A DNA stretch of 64,000 bases from Nitrospirota bacterium (GCA_040754455.1 JBFMCP010000001.1:64001-128000), one strand, 5' to 3'. Counted from the first letter of the stretch, positions 29,260-38,896 are shown. Numbers and translations: made by a program. Notes: generated by a model from the sequence alone, not told the origin.

Positions 29260-29557
29260 AGAATTAAAGATAGAGGAGATCGTCGAGCAGCTCGAAAAGG
29301 ACCCGCGCCTGGTGTATGAGCACGCCGGACTGCATGTGCTGATGATCCTATGGGAGAAGCTTCCCGGCATCTCCATCTATCTGTCCGAGAAGAGGCTCTT
29401 CGACATCAAGCGGACTTATGTCCGGCAGAAGTACAATCCGGATGATCCCCGCTATTCGGTCAAAGCTCTCGCGGCCCGGCTCGGGGTGTCTGAAAAATTC
29501 GTACAGACGGCGTTGTATGAAAAAGAAGACAACGATAAGCAGAATCAGCTTTTCTGA
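29246..29557 (+). CDS. mor: Mor/C-like late transcription activator
   Basis: GISIYL...SVKALAARLGVSEKFV; last gene of early operon. Confidence 0.75.
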   Translation: MRWYEELKIEEIVEQLEKDPRLVYEHAGLHVLMILWEKLPGISIYLSEKRLFDIKRTYVRQKYNPDDPRYSVKALAARLGVSEKFVQTALYEKEDNDKQNQLF

Positions 29558-29582
29558 CAAGGGGCGTCTGAGCGTAAGGCGC

Positions 29583-30077
29583 TCACTGGTGAGGCTTTAG
29601 ATATTCCTTAATCGCCTCTTTAATCTCCTCAATATCGCTATCAGTAAGCTTTAGGAAAGGCCTCGCCGGTATCGTCACCTTTCTGCCTCTGCCGGCCTTC
29701 CCTCCGAACTGATGAATGGCGGCATAGACTTTATTGGTGCCTACTCGGGCGGATCTGGCATCCGATTTCCTGCTGATCGAGGCGGCGAGCTGCCCGGAGT
29801 CCTGGAGGATCTTCCGTCCGGCGAGCTTTTTGGCGATGCTCTTCCTCACCGCGCCCTTTTTGGTGTTCCACTTCCTTGCCCCTCCGAAAGCGCCCATTAT
29901 GGTCGATGCTGCAAGCGGTCTCCACCGGGGCCGTCCTTCGGCCTCGAAGTTCTCCTCCACCGCATCGTGCATGATTTCGGCTATCCGCCGCATCACCGGC
30001 GTCATATTGGTGCTGCGCCTCTGCAGCTCGGTGAGAAACCGCAGCGCCTCTTTATCTTTTACACTGATTTTAATCAT
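29583..30077 (-). CDS. Virion morphogenesis protein (Mu gpG-like)
   Basis: NFEAEGRPRW, LQDSGQLAASI, VGTN.VYAAIHQFG, IPARPFL. Confidence 0.9.
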   Translation of the reverse strand: MIKISVKDKEALRFLTELQRRSTNMTPVMRRIAEIMHDAVEENFEAEGRPRWRPLAASTIMGAFGGARKWNTKKGAVRKSIAKKLAGRKILQDSGQLAASISRKSDARSARVGTNKVYAAIHQFGGKAGRGRKVTIPARPFLKLTDSDIEEIKEAIKEYLKPHQ

Positions 30078-30106
30078 GACCGCGCCTCCTGTGGTAAAAT
30101 AGAATC

Positions 30107-30190
30107 AAAGCCTGTGGAGGCAAGGCCACCTTATCTGGGGCCGCTAACGGACCGGGTTATCCGGCAGGATGCTCCACGGGTTTATTTTGT
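30107..30190 (+). ncRNA. Candidate structured small RNA convergent with muF
   Basis: Extended -10 TGgTAAAAT 30092-30100; closing stem 30111-30122/30170-30180 with internal hairpins; U-rich tail. Confidence 0.5.
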
Positions 30191-31510
30191 ATAGAGCAGC
30201 GTGCCTGTCCTCTGCGCATCGAGATACTTCAGCTTGTCCGGCGAGAATGCCGTCGTCCCCTGCCATATATCGTCCACCAAATCAAAGACCACATATCCGG
30301 TTGCCTTGTCTGCCTTGTCCTGGTAGATGCCGATGTACCTTTTGCAGAGCCTGGTCTTATCTTTTCCCTTCACCCAGGTGAGCCAGATCTCCACGGGATC
30401 TTTAATGGTGTCCGCCAATAGTTTGAGATAGACCTCCCGGTCATCTCTCAGTACCTTATAGCCGCCTTTTAAACGATCTATAAACAGATCCTCTGAGATC
30501 ACCACCGGGTCATTGATCACGTCGCGGTAGACGATGGGCTTGCCGGCGCTGGTGCCAAACTCGCCGAGGAATGCGTTGACGTACTCTTCATTGCTCCACT
30601 TGCTCTTCTGATGAGGCGGCAGCAGCATATCCTTCTTCAGCGGTTTCGCAGGGAGCTTGTCGATCGGCGGCTTCTCGGAGATCGCAGCGCCGATAGTCTT
30701 GTAGCCTCTCTCCATCTCGGAAGGGTCAAAGGGCTTCGGGGTGAACGGCTCAAATGCCGCCTTGCCCGGATTGTAGTTCCATCCTGCATCCGGAGCGATC
30801 TTCATGCCGGTGACAGGATCTCTATAGGCCGTCACCTCCGTGAGCTCTCCGGTCTTCTTCGATATGAGTGCGTCCTGAGAGGAGAGCTTGCCCTCCGATG
30901 ATTCGACCGTCAGCCGTCTGCTCTTGAGATTGCCCTTGCTCAGTGCTCTTACTCTGCATCGGCATCCCCAGCCGTTCGGCGGGTAATGAGAGTTCCAAAA
31001 AGGATCGTCATATCTGAAGACCTTGCCGTGCAGCGCTGCATGGGCCGGTCTCGTGCGTGAGTCCATCACCGCGACATATTGCCAGTAGGGGCGATCATCG
31101 ATATTCTCCATAAACTCCTTATAGCGCCCGGCCATGTATGCGGTCTGCAGATTCGTCTGGTAGATCGTCCTCAGCCGGCGCGGCGAGCCGAGCTGCACTT
31201 CAGACGCCTTGCCCTCGGCATCCATTATCATCTTTTTGCCCCACCAGCCCTTTGCCTGGAGCCTGGTCGTGAGCTGCTTGCGAAACTCCTGCAGCGTAAG
31301 CCCTTCATTGAGAGACTTCTGCACCATGCCCCTGATGTCCTGAAGGATGTCCATGCGCATGACCTTTGCGACTGTGAAGGCTTTGGCATGGGCCTCCTGC
31401 CATGTATCCCACCAGTCCCAGCTGAAGGTATAGCCCTTGGATTTGAAGTACTCGATGGCCTTTTCGGGAGGCAGGCCTATCGCATAGAGGAGATCAGGCT
31501 TTGTCGGCAT
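30182..31510 (-). CDS. MuF (gpF) head morphogenesis protein with C-terminal PBECR2-like nuclease
   Basis: RLRTIYQTN, DSRTRPAH, PPNGWGCRCRV; C-terminal LADTIKDPVEIW..RYI..WQGTTAF..R.GTLLY. Confidence 0.85.
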   Translation of the reverse strand: MPTKPDLLYAIGLPPEKAIEYFKSKGYTFSWDWWDTWQEAHAKAFTVAKVMRMDILQDIRGMVQKSLNEGLTLQEFRKQLTTRLQAKGWWGKKMIMDAEGKASEVQLGSPRRLRTIYQTNLQTAYMAGRYKEFMENIDDRPYWQYVAVMDSRTRPAHAALHGKVFRYDDPFWNSHYPPNGWGCRCRVRALSKGNLKSRRLTVESSEGKLSSQDALISKKTGELTEVTAYRDPVTGMKIAPDAGWNYNPGKAAFEPFTPKPFDPSEMERGYKTIGAAISEKPPIDKLPAKPLKKDMLLPPHQKSKWSNEEYVNAFLGEFGTSAGKPIVYRDVINDPVVISEDLFIDRLKGGYKVLRDDREVYLKLLADTIKDPVEIWLTWVKGKDKTRLCKRYIGIYQDKADKATGYVVFDLVDDIWQGTTAFSPDKLKYLDAQRTGTLLYTK

Positions 31511-33017
31511 TCAGTCTTCCCCACAGCTCGGCCACGAAAATCGCACGTGCGAGCATCTCTTCGATTGCCGACGTATCCATGTTCGGATACGCCTCGGTGA
31601 GCTTTTCCATTATCTCCTCCGGAGAGCTGCCCTCATTTATAAGGTCAATAACAGGCTTTAAAACGCCTTCTACCTGCTTTTGCAATTCCTCGGGTGAGAT
31701 GGATTCGATAAGGTCATCTATGGCCTGCTGATCGGGAAAGAGTTCAGTTGAGCGCTCTGCGAACTCGGCCTCTGTGCTTCCGGGCTTCCGGGCTTCCGGA
31801 CTGACGACCTCGATGTCGCCTTCCTCAAATCCATATTCCCGCATGAAATATTGCTTCGTGAACTTCACCTGGCCGGTGTCGCTGAGAGTCTTGTCCCTCT
31901 CGGCCAGCGTCTTGTCCACGTCTTCTTCCTCGTAGAGCGAAAAAACCGGGCGCTCTCCACTGCCGAAGTTTAGCTCGAAGATCCACCCGATGAGCGTGTT
32001 GAAGACATTCTCGACAATCTTTTTATCCGCATCGCGAATGTCCTTCCGCACCTGCATGTGACCTTGTGTCGCTGCATAAGAACCGCCCTTAACTTCAGTG
32101 GTGAGGTTCTGGCCGAGAATGGCAATGCTGATCTCAGTCTTGCATGAGCTGATCAGCCGGTCATAGATATCCGATGAGCCGGAGCCGCTTCCCGATCCCT
32201 TGCCCGAGCCGCCGCCGATCTCGACGCTCGAATCATCCGGCACCACCGCAATTGCATCCTGCACCATGTTCTGCAGCATATCGGCGAGCGCGTCGTATTC
32301 CTTTCGATCGAGGCCCCTGGGCAGCTTGCCGATAATGAAAGGCATGCCGAATTTCTCAATGAAGGTCACCCAGAACTTATAGCCGCCTTTCTTGAAGGTC
32401 ACCGGCCAGAAGCACCGGGAGAGCAGAGGAAAACCGTAAGGGTTCTCATAGGTGGCCTCGTGCCTTGCGAGGAGGAAGCGCTTTGGGGGCAGCTTCTCGC
32501 CATTGATGCAATTCTCCTTGGTCCGGAGGCGCAGCTCGTTCTCTTCGCTGAAGACAAACCAGCGCTGCGGCTTGCCGACAACATCACGAGGAAGCCAGTA
32601 GCTACCCTTTTCCCACATGACTTCCAGCGGCTGATAACCGAAGAGCGGAGCATTCAGTATCTCGCCGATGATGCGGTCAATGTCGAGATTTTTGAATACA
32701 TCGGTGATGAGCTTGCTGGTGCGGCTCTTTGATTTGCCCCGGTCGATCTCCCACTCCAGGGACTTCACCCCGCTCTTCCGGCTCGTTACGCAGCCGCCCA
32801 GGTGGGCGTCGACGAGCAGCTCGTTATAGACGTCGATGTCCTTGCCCATCTTTTTTAGTACCGGGTCCGGGTTGGGCAGGTACATCCCCAAACTGTAGAA
32901 GTCGATCGACCGCTTCCTGGTCGCAACTTCCACCCCAAGATCGGCCAGCGAGCCTGCCTGCTTCTCGCTGAAATGCATAAAAGTCGTCGGATTTATCCAC
33001 AAACCCCTTTTTGGCAT
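31494..33017 (-). CDS. Portal protein (Mu gp29/DUF935)
   Basis: NPYGFPLL, FIEKFGMP, ISIAILGQNLTT, GSYAA..H. Confidence 0.9.
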   Translation of the reverse strand: MPKRGLWINPTTFMHFSEKQAGSLADLGVEVATRKRSIDFYSLGMYLPNPDPVLKKMGKDIDVYNELLVDAHLGGCVTSRKSGVKSLEWEIDRGKSKSRTSKLITDVFKNLDIDRIIGEILNAPLFGYQPLEVMWEKGSYWLPRDVVGKPQRWFVFSEENELRLRTKENCINGEKLPPKRFLLARHEATYENPYGFPLLSRCFWPVTFKKGGYKFWVTFIEKFGMPFIIGKLPRGLDRKEYDALADMLQNMVQDAIAVVPDDSSVEIGGGSGKGSGSGSGSSDIYDRLISSCKTEISIAILGQNLTTEVKGGSYAATQGHMQVRKDIRDADKKIVENVFNTLIGWIFELNFGSGERPVFSLYEEEDVDKTLAERDKTLSDTGQVKFTKQYFMREYGFEEGDIEVVSPEARKPGSTEAEFAERSTELFPDQQAIDDLIESISPEELQKQVEGVLKPVIDLINEGSSPEEIMEKLTEAYPNMDTSAIEEMLARAIFVAELWGRLNADKA

Positions 33018-33131
33018 GCGTACCCTCCTTGAAAGCCCGTTTCTAACCCCTCCAAATCTTTTAAATTTCGCTTATCTACCCTAAACAGCTACATGGGTAG
33101 CCCCGGAGGGGGTAAGGGGCCTTAAATCGCC

Positions 33132-33335
33132 TTAAATTTGGTCCAGCTTTCCGATGCTGCGGACAAAGTCTTTCCAGAACCTTCGCCGGGCTCCCCGGTT
33201 GTACCCCATGTGCCGGAGAGAGGAGTCGATGGTTTTGATGAACTTCTGCGCATTCTCGATCCTCCGCTTGAAAAGCCTGTTTCTCAATTTCTGAATGGGC
33301 TGTTTGAAAGCGTTAATAGCCTTTAAGAATTTCAT
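33132..33335 (-). CDS. Basic hypothetical protein
   Basis: MKFLKAI..., SD AGGAG, overlaps terminase end. Confidence 0.45.
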   Translation of the reverse strand: MKFLKAINAFKQPIQKLRNRLFKRRIENAQKFIKTIDSSLRHMGYNRGARRRFWKDFVRSIGKLDQI

Positions 33336-34656
33336 GAGAATCTCTCCTTTTTCCTGAAGATATATGGATAGGCCCGGTAGATTTATCCGAGGCCGCGTGA
33401 TTTGCCAGAGCGCATGCCCAGAATCTATCAGCATGGCCCCTCGCCTCGGATGCAGCGACATCGAAACGTATATTGCCGGCAGCAGTGGTCACTTTGCGGA
33501 TTGCGTGGAAGTCCTCCCTTATCTCGAGATCAGCAGGAATATACAAAAGTCTGTCCTCGATCGAGTTTTTCAGGGCGTAGCCCATGTCTTCTTTGACGGT
33601 GTTCGTAAAAGTTACGGCTTCTACCTTGTATTTGCCGAATGCGTCCTGAGCCTCTTCGCTCAACTGCATGCCGATACCAGTTGCATCGATGCAGAACCGG
33701 CGCATCCTCGGGTGCTTCAGTATTTCAAAGAGGGCGTCACGTTGCATATGGAAGGGCGTCTTCTCCATGATCTTGACCTGCCGGGTATACTTCACTGCGC
33801 CGAGCCTTTCGAGCACCCAGATTACCGAGAGGTCTTTTTTTCTGCCTATGTCCATGCCTCCGTAGAGATCGCCTGTAACAAGCTCAAGCGGCACTATGAG
33901 ATCATCCCTCTCAACGGATGAAAGCATTTCGTAGGTCATAAACGCTGATGCCTCGTCAACAGGAATGCAGCAGTATTCTTGCAGCCATGTGTTTTCATCA
34001 AAGCAGCTTTCGCGCTGCTCTTTAAGCCACGCCTCTTTTTCCTCATCGGTTGCCTTGCGCCGGAGAATCTTATCAACAAGCCCTTCCGCTACTGCAAGGT
34101 TAATATCCGTAATATGATAAGACCAGTTGAGCTTGCCCTTTTTTACGCTTTCTATGAATTTGTAATACCGGCAGTTGGTGCCGTTATGGGTTGACAGTAT
34201 GCGGAGAGGGAATCCCCAGGTGATACAAGGCCTGGCTGCAGACCAGAGAGCCTCGGCGTCTTCATGCCATGCGAACTCATCGAGGATGACCTTGCCGCCC
34301 TTAGAGCGGAAAGCCTTTGGATTGGATGAGAGGGCGTTAATCCTTCTGCCATTTGCGAAGGTAACCACATAAGCCTTTATGTCTTTCTCGGAGTCCAGGA
34401 CAACGGATCCGAGATACTGAGCGGCTTTATCAAAGAGCTTGGCCCACTTGGCGCAGTAGAGGATATATTCCCGCGCAGCAGATTCGTCTGCAGAGGAAAA
34501 CCATATATCCCATTTATCTTGGGCGCATTCGCGCACATCTTCGTATGCCTGCACATAGGTGGCACCGATACGGCGGGATTTCTCCCATATCTTTATTGGG
34601 GATTGGTCTTTGAGCCAGCGGATTTGATAGGGCAGGAAATATCTGCTTTCATTCAT
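33313..34656 (-). CDS. Terminase large subunit (Mu gp28-like)
   Basis: LPYQ, EKSRRIGAT, ILDEFAWH, GMDIGRKKD, IDATGIG, HADRFWA. Confidence 0.93.
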   Translation of the reverse strand: MNESRYFLPYQIRWLKDQSPIKIWEKSRRIGATYVQAYEDVRECAQDKWDIWFSSADESAAREYILYCAKWAKLFDKAAQYLGSVVLDSEKDIKAYVVTFANGRRINALSSNPKAFRSKGGKVILDEFAWHEDAEALWSAARPCITWGFPLRILSTHNGTNCRYYKFIESVKKGKLNWSYHITDINLAVAEGLVDKILRRKATDEEKEAWLKEQRESCFDENTWLQEYCCIPVDEASAFMTYEMLSSVERDDLIVPLELVTGDLYGGMDIGRKKDLSVIWVLERLGAVKYTRQVKIMEKTPFHMQRDALFEILKHPRMRRFCIDATGIGMQLSEEAQDAFGKYKVEAVTFTNTVKEDMGYALKNSIEDRLLYIPADLEIREDFHAIRKVTTAAGNIRFDVAASEARGHADRFWACALANHAASDKSTGPIHISSGKRRDSHEILKGY

Positions 34657-35048
34657 AATAACCCCAGTTCAGTCTCTATCTCTTTAACGGCGTCTTCGGT
34701 AAGACCCTTGCGCTCTTTGGGAGTGGTCTCGTCCTCAAGCACTTTCACACCCTGATATTGCTTGAGCGCGGCGATTGCCTTAGACATTGCGTATATGTTG
34801 TGAGGAGTCGGATTTGCCTTAGCTTCTTTGATTGTCAGCCGCGCTATCTCTATTATTTCCTCATACATATCCTTAGTCTGGTTAAGGTATTCCCTTCTCT
34901 TTTCATCCCACTGCCCTGCAATCTTCCAGTTGTAAAGGGTTTTCCTCGATACCTTGCCGCCAAGGATGCCGACGATCGCATCAAGTGATAATCCTTCCTG
35001 GACATAGAGCCGTTTTGCCTCATCGTTGTAAATCGCCAGTTTAGCCAT
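34653..35048 (-). CDS. Terminase small subunit-like HTH protein
   Basis: AKRLYV..VSRKTLYNWK..WDEKR; directly upstream of TerL. Confidence 0.75.
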   Translation of the reverse strand: MAKLAIYNDEAKRLYVQEGLSLDAIVGILGGKVSRKTLYNWKIAGQWDEKRREYLNQTKDMYEEIIEIARLTIKEAKANPTPHNIYAMSKAIAALKQYQGVKVLEDETTPKERKGLTEDAVKEIETELGLL

Positions 35049-35295
35049 TGAGGTCCTTCTCCATCCGGGCGATCTGAGCCTTCAGCTCCTTCGCTTCGGT
35101 CCAGAGTCGATTGAAGTCGTTGATGATCACTACAGCCCGGTCGATATCGAGCTGTGTGAAATCTTCGGTATAGGGGTCGAAGATGTCGCGCAGGATGATT
35201 ATGTAAGAGTCAGCCCTCATTGTCATCTCTTCGAGCTGTTTCTTTTTGTCGGTGAGGCGGGCCTTGCAGATAAGGATATCTTTTCCCAGGCTCAT
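35041..35295 (-). CDS. Hypothetical coiled-coil protein
   Basis: Overlapping operon spacing. Confidence 0.6.
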   Translation of the reverse strand: MSLGKDILICKARLTDKKKQLEEMTMRADSYIIILRDIFDPYTEDFTQLDIDRAVVIINDFNRLWTEAKELKAQIARMEKDLNG

Positions 35296-35615
35296 TCTTT
35301 CACCTCCAGCGTGAACTTCTTACCGGTCATAAGGATGGGGCATTGCGCGGGCGTATCGAGTTTTATGGATAGGCGGTCAAGAATGCCTGCGAGCTGCAGC
35401 TTGTAATCCTGCTCATCCTTGAGAAACTGCAAGAGCTGCTCATTCATCTTAGCGTTCTTGTCAAACGCCTCGGCACTTTGGGAAAGCGACTGTTGAAGAA
35501 ACGCCTCCGTCTGCTTACTCGACTTCGTAAAGGTGAAATACCAGATAATGAAAACGACTATGGCGACGCCGCCCTGGATGACAAACTGCAAGATTTCTTT
35601 CAGCCCCAGATCCAT
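35292..35615 (-). CDS. Single-TM membrane protein
   Basis: N-terminal TM; first gene of leftward late operon, SD GGAGG. Confidence 0.6.
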   Translation of the reverse strand: MDLGLKEILQFVIQGGVAIVVFIIWYFTFTKSSKQTEAFLQQSLSQSAEAFDKNAKMNEQLLQFLKDEQDYKLQLAGILDRLSIKLDTPAQCPILMTGKKFTLEVKE

Positions 35616-35790
35616 CGAAAAACCTCCATCCGGTTTTTGAGTCCATCTTATCTTTTGATCTTCATTATTTAATATCGATTAAGTCGGTAACACTCCCCGA
35701 TATCGCTCCGGTAAACTGAAGCCAGATTGAAGAAAAAAAACGGGGTCCCCGGAAAGTCGCAGACTTTTGGGGGCTCAGAAAGGAGGTTAT

Positions 35791-36867
35791 ATGCCGAAGT
35801 GGATTGCGATCATGAGGACCGGCACCTTCACGGATTCAGAAGGCAAAGAGCATAACTTTACAGAAAAGGATCTCGATGCCATCGTCGCAAAGTATAACCC
35901 GAAATTCCATGAGGCTCCAGAGGTGATCGGGCATCCTAAAAGTAACAGCCCCGCCTATGGCTGGGTCAAGGCCCTGAAGCGCGAAGGCGACACGCTTTTC
36001 TATGAGCCCCGGGATCGTGTAGCCGAGTTCCAGGAGATGCTCGACAAAAAGATGTTCAAAAAGCGGTCGGTCCGGCTTAATTCCAAAATCGGCCTGGTGC
36101 ATGTCGGCTGGCTCGGCGCGATGCCGCCTGCGATCAAAGGGCTTCCGGATGTTGCTTTCAATGATGATGAGGACGGGATCACCTTCGAATTTGCTGAATA
36201 CCGCTTCCCGATGATCGGACGGATGTTCCAGAAGGTCAGGGAATTCATTATCGAAAAGTTTGGCACCGAGACAGCGGACAAGATCATTCCCAGTTGGGAG
36301 ATCGAAGACTTGCAGCGCATGGAGCCCGAAACGGTTTCATCTGCTGCATTCAGTGAACCATCAACAAAAGGAGGCGAAATGCCAACAGAAAGGGAAAAGC
36401 AACTGGAAGAGCAGCTCGCGGAGGAGCGGCGGAAAAGCGCCGATTTTTCCGAGCAGCTCAAAGCGGCTAACCAGAGGGCGGCTGCTCTTGAAGCTGAAAA
36501 CAGAAGGAGAGATTTTTCATCTTTCTGCGAAGGCCTCACCAAGGAAGGCAAGCTGCCTCCTGCGGTAGTGCCTGTAGTGCTCGACTTCATGGAGATCCTC
36601 TCCGGCGTCGAGACGTTCGACTTCGCTGAGGGCGAGGGCAAGAAGGCGGCCAAACCGGTCGATGTCTTCAAAACATTCCTCGGCGGCCTCGGCAAGGTCA
36701 TCGAATTCGGCGAGTACGCCACAAAGACCAAAACCGGCGACGCAGGAAATAAGGATCGTGAAGAGCTCATCAGCGACTTCATGGCTAAAAACAAGGACGC
36801 TTCCTACAAAGAGGCCGTGCTCGCGGTTTCGAAGGAGCATCCTGAATTATTCAAAGAGGAGGTATAA
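35791..36867 (+). CDS. Prohead protease/scaffold (Mu gpI/Z-like)
   Basis: IGHP, PAYGWV, KKRSV, HVGWLGAMPPAIKGL; coiled-coil C-terminus. Confidence 0.85.
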   Translation: MPKWIAIMRTGTFTDSEGKEHNFTEKDLDAIVAKYNPKFHEAPEVIGHPKSNSPAYGWVKALKREGDTLFYEPRDRVAEFQEMLDKKMFKKRSVRLNSKIGLVHVGWLGAMPPAIKGLPDVAFNDDEDGITFEFAEYRFPMIGRMFQKVREFIIEKFGTETADKIIPSWEIEDLQRMEPETVSSAAFSEPSTKGGEMPTEREKQLEEQLAEERRKSADFSEQLKAANQRAAALEAENRRRDFSSFCEGLTKEGKLPPAVVPVVLDFMEILSGVETFDFAEGEGKKAAKPVDVFKTFLGGLGKVIEFGEYATKTKTGDAGNKDREELISDFMAKNKDASYKEAVLAVSKEHPELFKEEV

Positions 36868-36873
36868 CGCGAT

Positions 36874-37254
36874 ATGATGGGGCAAACATCAGGTATCGAG
36901 AAGTCTGCCAAGTGTACAGCGGCGGTGACGGCGTTCACCATTGCCAAGTTCGGCGCCGATGATGACACCTTGTCGGCAGCCACAGCCTCGACGGAGAATC
37001 TTATAGGTATCTTCCAGCACGACACAGCAGCTGCCGGCGACGAGGTGAGGGTAATGCTGACCGGCGTCAGCAAGGTCGTGCTCGGCGGAACGGTCGCGAG
37101 AGGCGACTGGCTCACCTCTGATGCCAATGCTCATGCGGTCGCTATCGGAGCAGTGGCAGGCACTAACTACAACTCAATCGGCCGTGCGCTTGCCTCGGGT
37201 GTGGCGGGAGACATCATCCCCGTGCTGCTCGCACCCGGCAGGCCGCAGGGATAA
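36874..37254 (+). CDS. Capsid decoration/cement protein (DUF2190-like)
   Basis: Small A/G/V-rich, GDWLTSDANAHAV, IGRAL...GDII; between protease and capsid. Confidence 0.75.
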   Translation: MMGQTSGIEKSAKCTAAVTAFTIAKFGADDDTLSAATASTENLIGIFQHDTAAAGDEVRVMLTGVSKVVLGGTVARGDWLTSDANAHAVAIGAVAGTNYNSIGRALASGVAGDIIPVLLAPGRPQG

Positions 37255-37275
37255 TCCAAAAGGAGGGATACCGTA

Positions 37276-38214
37276 ATGCCGGAACCAAGAACGCTGCATA
37301 TAGACAGCACACTTTCAAGCCTCTCGTTGAAATACCGCAACGAGCAAATGATCTGGCCGCTCGTCTTGCCTATAGTCAAGGTGAACAAGCGGTCGGACAA
37401 ATTCATGGTGTACAACAAAGCGGACAGCTACAAGCTGGTCGATGACAAGATCGGTCCGAAGTCTTTGCCGAATGAAGTCGACTGGGGTGTAACAACCAGC
37501 AATTACTCGGTGAAGGATCACGCCCTGGGCGACTGGCTGCCGCAGGAGGATATCGACAATGCGGACAATCCGCTCCAGCCTGAAGTCGATACCAATGACT
37601 TTCTCAATTTGCTCCTCGACATCGCGCAGGAGCAAAGAGTAGCGTCCCTGGTGTTCAACGCCGCCAATTATCCCACCGGCAACAAGGTGACTCTTTCGGG
37701 TACGGGGCAGTGGGGCCAGTCGGCGGACGATCCAATCGGAAACCTCATTACCGCGATCGAGTCGTGTTTCGTTCGCGCAAACACACTCGTCATAGGGGCA
37801 GACGCCTGGATGGTGCTCCGCAAGCTTCCTGAGATGCTCGATGCCGTGAAAGGGTCTTCGCGCTACCAGGGATCTCCCGGAGGCCTTGTAACACCTTCCG
37901 AGCTGGCCGGCCTGCTCGAAATCGACAATGTCCTCATCGGCAGAGGGCGGTACATTTCCTCGAAAGAGGGTCAGACGCCGACCTATACCCGCCTCTGGGG
38001 CAAACATGCAGCTGCGCTCTATGTGGAGAAAAATCCCGGAGTCAAGTCGATCACCTTCGGCGTAACCTTTAGCGAGATGCTCAGACAGACATCGCGGGAG
38101 TTCGATGTAAAACGCGGCGTGAAAGGTGCGCACTACATCAAATGCGCATGGAACTCCGACGAGAAGATCGTAGCCCCGGACCTGGGCTACATGATCGAAA
38201 ATGCAGTGCCGTAA
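37276..38214 (+). CDS. Major capsid protein
   Basis: 312 aa, LSSLSLKYRN, W...DDP, position, strong SD. Confidence 0.8.
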   Translation: MPEPRTLHIDSTLSSLSLKYRNEQMIWPLVLPIVKVNKRSDKFMVYNKADSYKLVDDKIGPKSLPNEVDWGVTTSNYSVKDHALGDWLPQEDIDNADNPLQPEVDTNDFLNLLLDIAQEQRVASLVFNAANYPTGNKVTLSGTGQWGQSADDPIGNLITAIESCFVRANTLVIGADAWMVLRKLPEMLDAVKGSSRYQGSPGGLVTPSELAGLLEIDNVLIGRGRYISSKEGQTPTYTRLWGKHAAALYVEKNPGVKSITFGVTFSEMLRQTSREFDVKRGVKGAHYIKCAWNSDEKIVAPDLGYMIENAVP

Positions 38215-38236
38215 GAAATCGTTAAATCTTAATTGA

Positions 38237-38259
38237 GGGGGCGGTACATAGCCGCCCCC
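38237..38259 (+). terminator. GC hairpin after capsid gene
   Basis: GGGGGCGG-7nt-CCGCCCCC; no U tract. Confidence 0.4.
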
Positions 38260-38283
38260 ATCATAAACATTGAGGGAGGAACA

Positions 38284-38454
38284 ATGCCGAAGTACATAGT
38301 CGAAGATACGCATATCATGCACGGCTCCAAGGGTGCCAAAGAAGCAAAGATGTATGCGCCCGGAGATGAAATCGAGCTGACTGAGGAAGAGGCCGCAGCG
38401 CTCGGATCGCGTGTCAAGCCTGCTCCTGAGCCTGAGAAGAAGGAAAAGAAGTAA
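38284..38454 (+). CDS. Small head-associated protein
   Basis: YAPGDEIELTEEEAAAL motif, SD GGAGG. Confidence 0.6.
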   Translation: MPKYIVEDTHIMHGSKGAKEAKMYAPGDEIELTEEEAAALGSRVKPAPEPEKKEKK

Positions 38455-38882
38455 TGCCTTACTGCACGCTTGACGACATCAAGAAGGCTATCCCCGAGAG
38501 CAACATCATCCAGCTCACGGATGATAACGGCCTCGGGGCGGTCGATCAGGCCAAGGTCGACGATGCCATTGCTTATGCGGACCAGATCATTGACGGCTAT
38601 CTGAGGGGGAGATATACGCTCCCCCTCTCCTCAGTACCCGGCCTCATAGGCAAGCTGTCGGTCGACCTGGCCATCTTCCATCTCTACGGAAGGAAGTTCG
38701 AGATGGAGCTGCCCGAGGGCATCATGGCGCGCTACAAGAACGCGATCAAGCTCCTGGAGCAAATACAGAAGGGGCTGCTGTCCCTGGGTATAGAGTCATC
38801 GAGCACCGAAGCCGGTCACTACAAGACCAACAAAACATCAGAAGACAGGACCTTCAGTAAAGATGTCCTGGATGCCTACTGA
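38454..38882 (+). CDS. Head-tail adaptor (Mu gp36/DUF1320)
   Basis: YCTLDD, IDGYLRGRYTLPL, RYKNAIKLLEQI. Confidence 0.88.
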   Translation: MPYCTLDDIKKAIPESNIIQLTDDNGLGAVDQAKVDDAIAYADQIIDGYLRGRYTLPLSSVPGLIGKLSVDLAIFHLYGRKFEMELPEGIMARYKNAIKLLEQIQKGLLSLGIESSSTEAGHYKTNKTSEDRTFSKDVLDAY

Positions 38883-38896
38883 ACAGGAGGGATATC

